Below, piece by piece: positions 59,654 to 64,000 of a stretch of DNA of 64,000 nt. The stretch lies in the NCBI GenBank assembly GCA_004022145.1, contig RCNU01000003.1; one strand, 5' to 3'. The first letter of the stretch is position 1, and each line of letters begins with the position of its first letter. The notes beneath the pieces are model-generated. The model was not told the origin of the DNA. It ran no database searches and saw nothing but the letters and a program-made list of their open reading frames with translations. Both the position numbers and the translations under genes were made by a program. The DNA is from Paecilomyces variotii (lineage: Eukaryota).

Positions 59654-60112
59654 AGACCATGTGCTGTACATAGCATGCAGGCCGTTTCTATGGTCTTCGC
59701 AGCTTTCAGTGTATCATATATTATCATGTATTGTCACGACCTTTATATACCCTTGTGATCTAAGATGAACCAGATAACCCTTTATTGTTGCTATTCTCGG
59801 TCTATCTATCCCCGCTGTCAGTAGAGGCCGTTCATCAGCACTCGGCGAGTTTCATGGGTCTTAAATTAAATATCCAACAAGGAAAGAACAAGAGAAGAAA
59901 ACAGAGAAGACTGTCTCACCGTGTCTACCACTACCGTGAGCTGTAGGAAAAGAGTAGTGACGGAGGGATGTTTGGTGCTAAAACGAGAGAGGAGAAGCTA
60001 GCAACCAACAATCTATGATGACAGATCACTTTCCCCTCATGGTGTGCTTTCAATACCAATAAAACACTAATTCCAGTCCGTTATGCATGATCATCTCGTC
60101 GAATGGCCGCTG

Positions 60113-60871
60113 TCAGACGTTCGGCAGTGCTTTCGATGGGATGGGAGAGACATGAGTGCGACATGGCACATGGCGAGAGTTATTTCTGATCAACGCGTTC
60201 TTGATCGTACTGATGCCATCGGGGCCAGTGATCTCCTGCAACTGGGAATCGTGATCCGGTGCGCTGTCCAGTGTCGGTGGTTTGTCCTGATAGTAGCCAG
60301 GCGGTGGGGTCTCGTCCTCCTGGGTGCGTTCTTCAGAAGATGGACGACCGTCAGGATGCTCAGGTCTGTCTCCTGCCGTATTCGTGGGCGATATTGGCTG
60401 CCCAAGACTCATAGTTTTCCGCAGACGATAGTAGTTCATCCACATACCAAAGGATATTCCCGTGCATAGGACGATGGAAACGAACATCGATATACACCAG
60501 CATATGGACACAACGGTGTCGAATACACCCCAGTCAGGGTTCCCACAGTAGAACAGGGCACAAAGTGAGTGGCCATCGAGGAAGACTAGTACGAGACCGA
60601 CTATTGCACATGCCGTCGTGAGAATTGCACCGGTCTTGTATGCGCGTTGCTTGGTGAAGAGACCGTCCTTGGTGGATACGATCCGCTGTACACGAAGAAA
60701 TATCTCGCCTGAAGTAAACATGATAGTGCATATGAGGCCCATAAGCAGAATGAAGATGAAGTGTAAAGTCCAATAGCCTCCAATGCGGCGGAATGGGCAA
60801 CCGGTGGCCTCACACATAGCCCCGCGCCGCAGATACTGCGAAAACTCGGTATTGGGGGTTGTTGCCTCCAT
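60113..60871 (-). CDS. Hypothetical membrane protein with about 3 TM segments and a PPxY motif in the tail
   Basis: 252-aa ATG-started ORF with three hydrophobic stretches and TPPPGYY. The 3' end is uncertain. Confidence 0.6.
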   Translation of the reverse strand: MEATTPNTEFSQYLRRGAMCEATGCPFRRIGGYWTLHFIFILLMGLICTIMFTSGEIFLRVQRIVSTKDGLFTKQRAYKTGAILTTACAIVGLVLVFLDGHSLCALFYCGNPDWGVFDTVVSICWCISMFVSIVLCTGISFGMWMNYYRLRKTMSLGQPISPTNTAGDRPEHPDGRPSSEERTQEDETPPPGYYQDKPPTLDSAPDHDSQLQEITGPDGISTIKNALIRNNSRHVPCRTHVSPIPSKALPNV

Positions 60872-61746
60872 ATCACGGGCGCTGAAAGCAGATGGGTGGT
60901 GGTGAAATGATTATCTCGTACGTCAGGCGACGGGTGGTGGTAAAGGTGGTGTAGTATATGTGATCTGACGAGGGAAATAGAAGAGTAGTCGGGTATATGA
61001 GGCATGTCAAAGAAGACTTGGATGTTCATCTTACGACATGCGTTCTGATGGCACAACTTATTCCTCACTGGTCATAGATGACGATTTCGTGGAAGGAACA
61101 TGGGGCAATATCTGCCAAATATGGCAGGTTTCAGCCAGTCTCATCTTCGTACTTTCATTTGACTTCCCATTTCGTGGGAGCACGGAATGCTTTTCGAGTC
61201 TCGCGGTTCGAATCACTTTATGATTGTGTTCTTGTCATCTTGTGCTCAGTTATCCTTCAGGCCTTTGTGCGGGCCTTTGTTGAGTCCGAGAGTTGGACTA
61301 GTGAAACGTGATGCAAATATATATATACAAAGTTCACGGCAAGCTCATGTAAAACCCACGTCTAACCACCGATTTTTGTAGAGCAATGGAAGAAGATGGC
61401 TATCAAATGCTGACCGAGAAATGAGTTCTGCATTCATATATGCCTGACCCTGCAGGTTCTAGTCAGAAGTGGTCATCAATATTACCCCAGAACTATCAGC
61501 AGCTAGTTAGCAGGGTTGGCTGATAAGTACAAGTCTGAAGAATAACTCCATACATGAACTTCATTTCCTGTCAAGGAAGTAGTGAGAGGAGCAATACCGG
61601 TTGGACGCGACATCCTAGGATCATAAAATATCTCATAGTATGTTATTACCGAGACATCTTATTGCCTTGATCGTCAGGATTGTTGATTGCCACAGATGAT
61701 GGAATTAGAGCACATATACCAAAGTTCCGCAAAACCTAACATAACA

Positions 61747-61818
61747 TCCCAATTGGTGTAGTGGCTAACATCGCCGTCTTTCACACGGCAGCCAGGGGTT
61801 CGATTCCCCTATTGGGAG
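61747..61818 (+). tRNA. tRNA-Glu (anticodon TTC), intronless
   Basis: Acceptor stem TCCCAAT/ATTGGGA, A box TGGTGTAGTGG, anticodon arm GCCGT-CTTTCAC-ACGGC, T arm AGGGG-TTCGATT-CCCCT. Confidence 0.97.
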
Positions 61819-61831
61819 AACATCATTAGGA

Positions 61832-61841
61832 TTTCTTTTTT
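61832..61841 (+). terminator. Pol III oligo-T terminator of the tRNA gene
   Basis: TTTCTTTTTT begins 14 nt after the tRNA 3' end. Confidence 0.7.
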
Positions 61842-62547
61842 GGTATTTATTTTTCCACTATTCCTCCTCGTACATTCTCTGGTCGCCTTTTTTTTTTTGG
61901 GTTTAAGTTCTCCTAGATCCAGGATGCGGGGTTCTCCTCTTGGTCAGTGGTCTGGAGATCCAATAAATTCTAATATGGAAAACCTACGACAGCGAAATAC
62001 TCGGGTTTCTCGAATAGCAGCCAGGTACACATATACATCAATAATGCCACATGGAACAATTGACCGAACGGAAGATCACACGGTCACACTGCGAGCAGTC
62101 AATTGAATAATTACTGGGCGTTAATCTGACTGAACTAGCTTGATCACAATCACCAAATACTCTGGCTAACCCCGCCCTCCAATCTGGACAGCTCGAGCCA
62201 GCGCTTTGCCGCCGACCATCACGGGCGTCGCGGGACTCTGGCCATCTACTGGCTACAGGGAGTTTCCAGCTGCAGACTCCCCTGCTGCTCTTCACACTGT
62301 CCGTCGATCGGTCTCATCCAATTATCCTGTCCCAACCGCCCTCTCCATCGTCCGCTTTGCAAGTCGTCCAGCAAGCGCAGGCTGTCTGCAGAGTGCAAAT
62401 GGCCTGCGCTGCATATAACGGCGGCCGGCCCAGGTTGCCCCTGGGGCCAAATCGATCTTCTTTCCGTAAGAGATTGACAGGAGCTGTTTCGAATGTCTTG
62501 CGATGCTCCGGGATGATAGTAGCTAGGGGCGAGAGGCTACACGGTAT

Positions 62548-63816
62548 ATGATGCGCCATCGGCCCTCGATGCTCTCGACTCTTGCAGTCGTCTTGTCCTA
62601 CGTTTCTACTACCGGTGCCGTCGCTATCGTCCCCGTTGATCTTCACGTCACGCGCGATACGATCCAAGTACGCTCTGAGTCCCCTGGGCTGGACCGGAAG
62701 CTGCTATCCATCCAGGTCGGTTGCATCGTCGCTGCATACGTGATATCGATCGTTTTCACCCTGAGTCTGTTCTTCTTCGTGGGAAGACGCCTGAGAAGGG
62801 AAAAGCAGACATCTAACCACTCTCTGGAGATGATCATGATGCATCCAGCTAAAGAACCCGTCACCACAGACCCCAGTCCCAGCTCTCCGTTGCCTGGAAA
62901 AGGTGGCTTTGGGATGTCGTTGAACAGCCTGGGCAGAAGCGACCGGATGACCCATGCTTCAGCCGACGACAGCGTGACCAGCATCGACGAAAATGTCGTC
63001 GAGTCGGATCGGAGACGAGCCCAGGAGCAGATGGAGATGCTCTATGCAGCCGTGATGGAACACGACGCGCAGAAAGCAGCCGGTATCCCGACTGTAGAAG
63101 AGCATCACTATCCGGCTCCCAGGTCCCCGTTGCGGAGCCCACGATATGCTGGCTATTCTAACCCCCCAACGGAGGAACCTGTGCTCCAATCAGAAGAGCG
63201 GCTCTCGAAGAAACGTTCTAGCTCGCGGTTGTCGAGACTGTCGAATTTGTCCATCTTCAGCACCAATTCACGCTCCTCCGGGCCTCTGAGCGGCAAGCTC
63301 CGTTCCCCTCGCATCTCGTTGAGGAAGCTACCGATTTCCTCGCCAGTGGGATCGCCCGCGGGGGATGCGTCGGATGCTTATGCGGAGAGCCAGCCACTGA
63401 CTCCGCGTATTTATACCCCGGGGCCGCCTCCTCCAGCGCCCCAGTCTGCGACGTCGAGTAGAACTCCCACTCAGACAAACCACACGCGGGCTCCTGCTCC
63501 TGCTCCGCTCACCTTCAGTAGCCATGGTGCGACCAACAGCTCGTCCACGTTGCCCTTCCGCCAGGCCTTCAACCCGCCTCAGAGCGCTCCGGCTACGAAG
63601 ACAACTATCCTGGAGCGCCCGATCCATGCAGGCGGGCCCCGGACTGGCGTGCCCACTCCATATAGTCCGTATATGCCTTTTACACCGGTGACACCCGTCA
63701 CACCGAGCCGGATGGTGACGCGAAAGGAGCGAAAGCGCATGGAGAAAGAGAACGGTCTACGGGTGCTGAACGAAGATGATATGGTCAAGAGCGACGAAGA
63801 GATCTGGGGAGTGTGA
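62548..63816 (+). CDS. Hypothetical single-pass membrane protein with a Ser/Pro/Thr-rich cytoplasmic tail
   Basis: Signal-like N-terminus, TM segment IQVGCIVAAYVISIVFTLSLFFFVG followed by RRLRR, many SP/TP sites, C-terminal PTPYSPYMPFTPVTP. Confidence 0.75.
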   Translation: MMRHRPSMLSTLAVVLSYVSTTGAVAIVPVDLHVTRDTIQVRSESPGLDRKLLSIQVGCIVAAYVISIVFTLSLFFFVGRRLRREKQTSNHSLEMIMMHPAKEPVTTDPSPSSPLPGKGGFGMSLNSLGRSDRMTHASADDSVTSIDENVVESDRRRAQEQMEMLYAAVMEHDAQKAAGIPTVEEHHYPAPRSPLRSPRYAGYSNPPTEEPVLQSEERLSKKRSSSRLSRLSNLSIFSTNSRSSGPLSGKLRSPRISLRKLPISSPVGSPAGDASDAYAESQPLTPRIYTPGPPPPAPQSATSSRTPTQTNHTRAPAPAPLTFSSHGATNSSSTLPFRQAFNPPQSAPATKTTILERPIHAGGPRTGVPTPYSPYMPFTPVTPVTPSRMVTRKERKRMEKENGLRVLNEDDMVKSDEEIWGV

Positions 63817-64000
63817 TCTTTCCAGTCTCTTTTTCTTCTCATTTCTTGTTTCCCCTTTCGCCTCTGATTGTTTATTACCGGTTACGCTTTTATATACCAT
63901 TGGTTCACTGGATACATGGACCTTCGCACATGATAGTTGATATATCACGCATTATCTGGCCTTGATGGCTGACAGGCATGGGGACACACTAGCTTTTCAT

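Overview
Gene-dense eukaryotic DNA from a filamentous ascomycete. Short GT-AG introns with CTRAY branch sites and the protein sequences suggest a Eurotiales-like fungus (inference). I can support about 26 protein-coding genes and one intronless tRNA-Glu(TTC). Most belong to housekeeping families: Vcx1-type Ca2+/H+ exchanger, mitoribosomal S7 and MRP10, SPX phosphate transporter, RPS8, DOCK GEF, Sec3, SRP40-like, F-box, P450, Shb17-like phosphatase and DUF1992. An accessory-looking block at about 10.7-25.1 kb holds an RBR E3 ligase, a small secreted Cys-rich peptide, a TPD/CDIN1-like nuclease, a leaderless metzincin protease, a UIM-bearing AAA ATPase, a Clr5-ankyrin protein, and a divergent pair of paralogs sharing a C-terminal beta-strand motif. 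Best leads: (1) a JlbA/IDI-4-like bZIP gene whose ~230-codon first coding exon has no in-frame ATG and is overlapped by out-of-frame uORFs, implying non-canonical decoding; (2) the protease + UIM-AAA ATPase + Clr5-ankyrin trio as a possible ubiquitin-linked proteolysis module; (3) the divergent motif-sharing paralog pair; (4) a candidate GUG-initiated N-terminal extension of the SPX transporter. All gene models were spliced by eye and no database searches were run.
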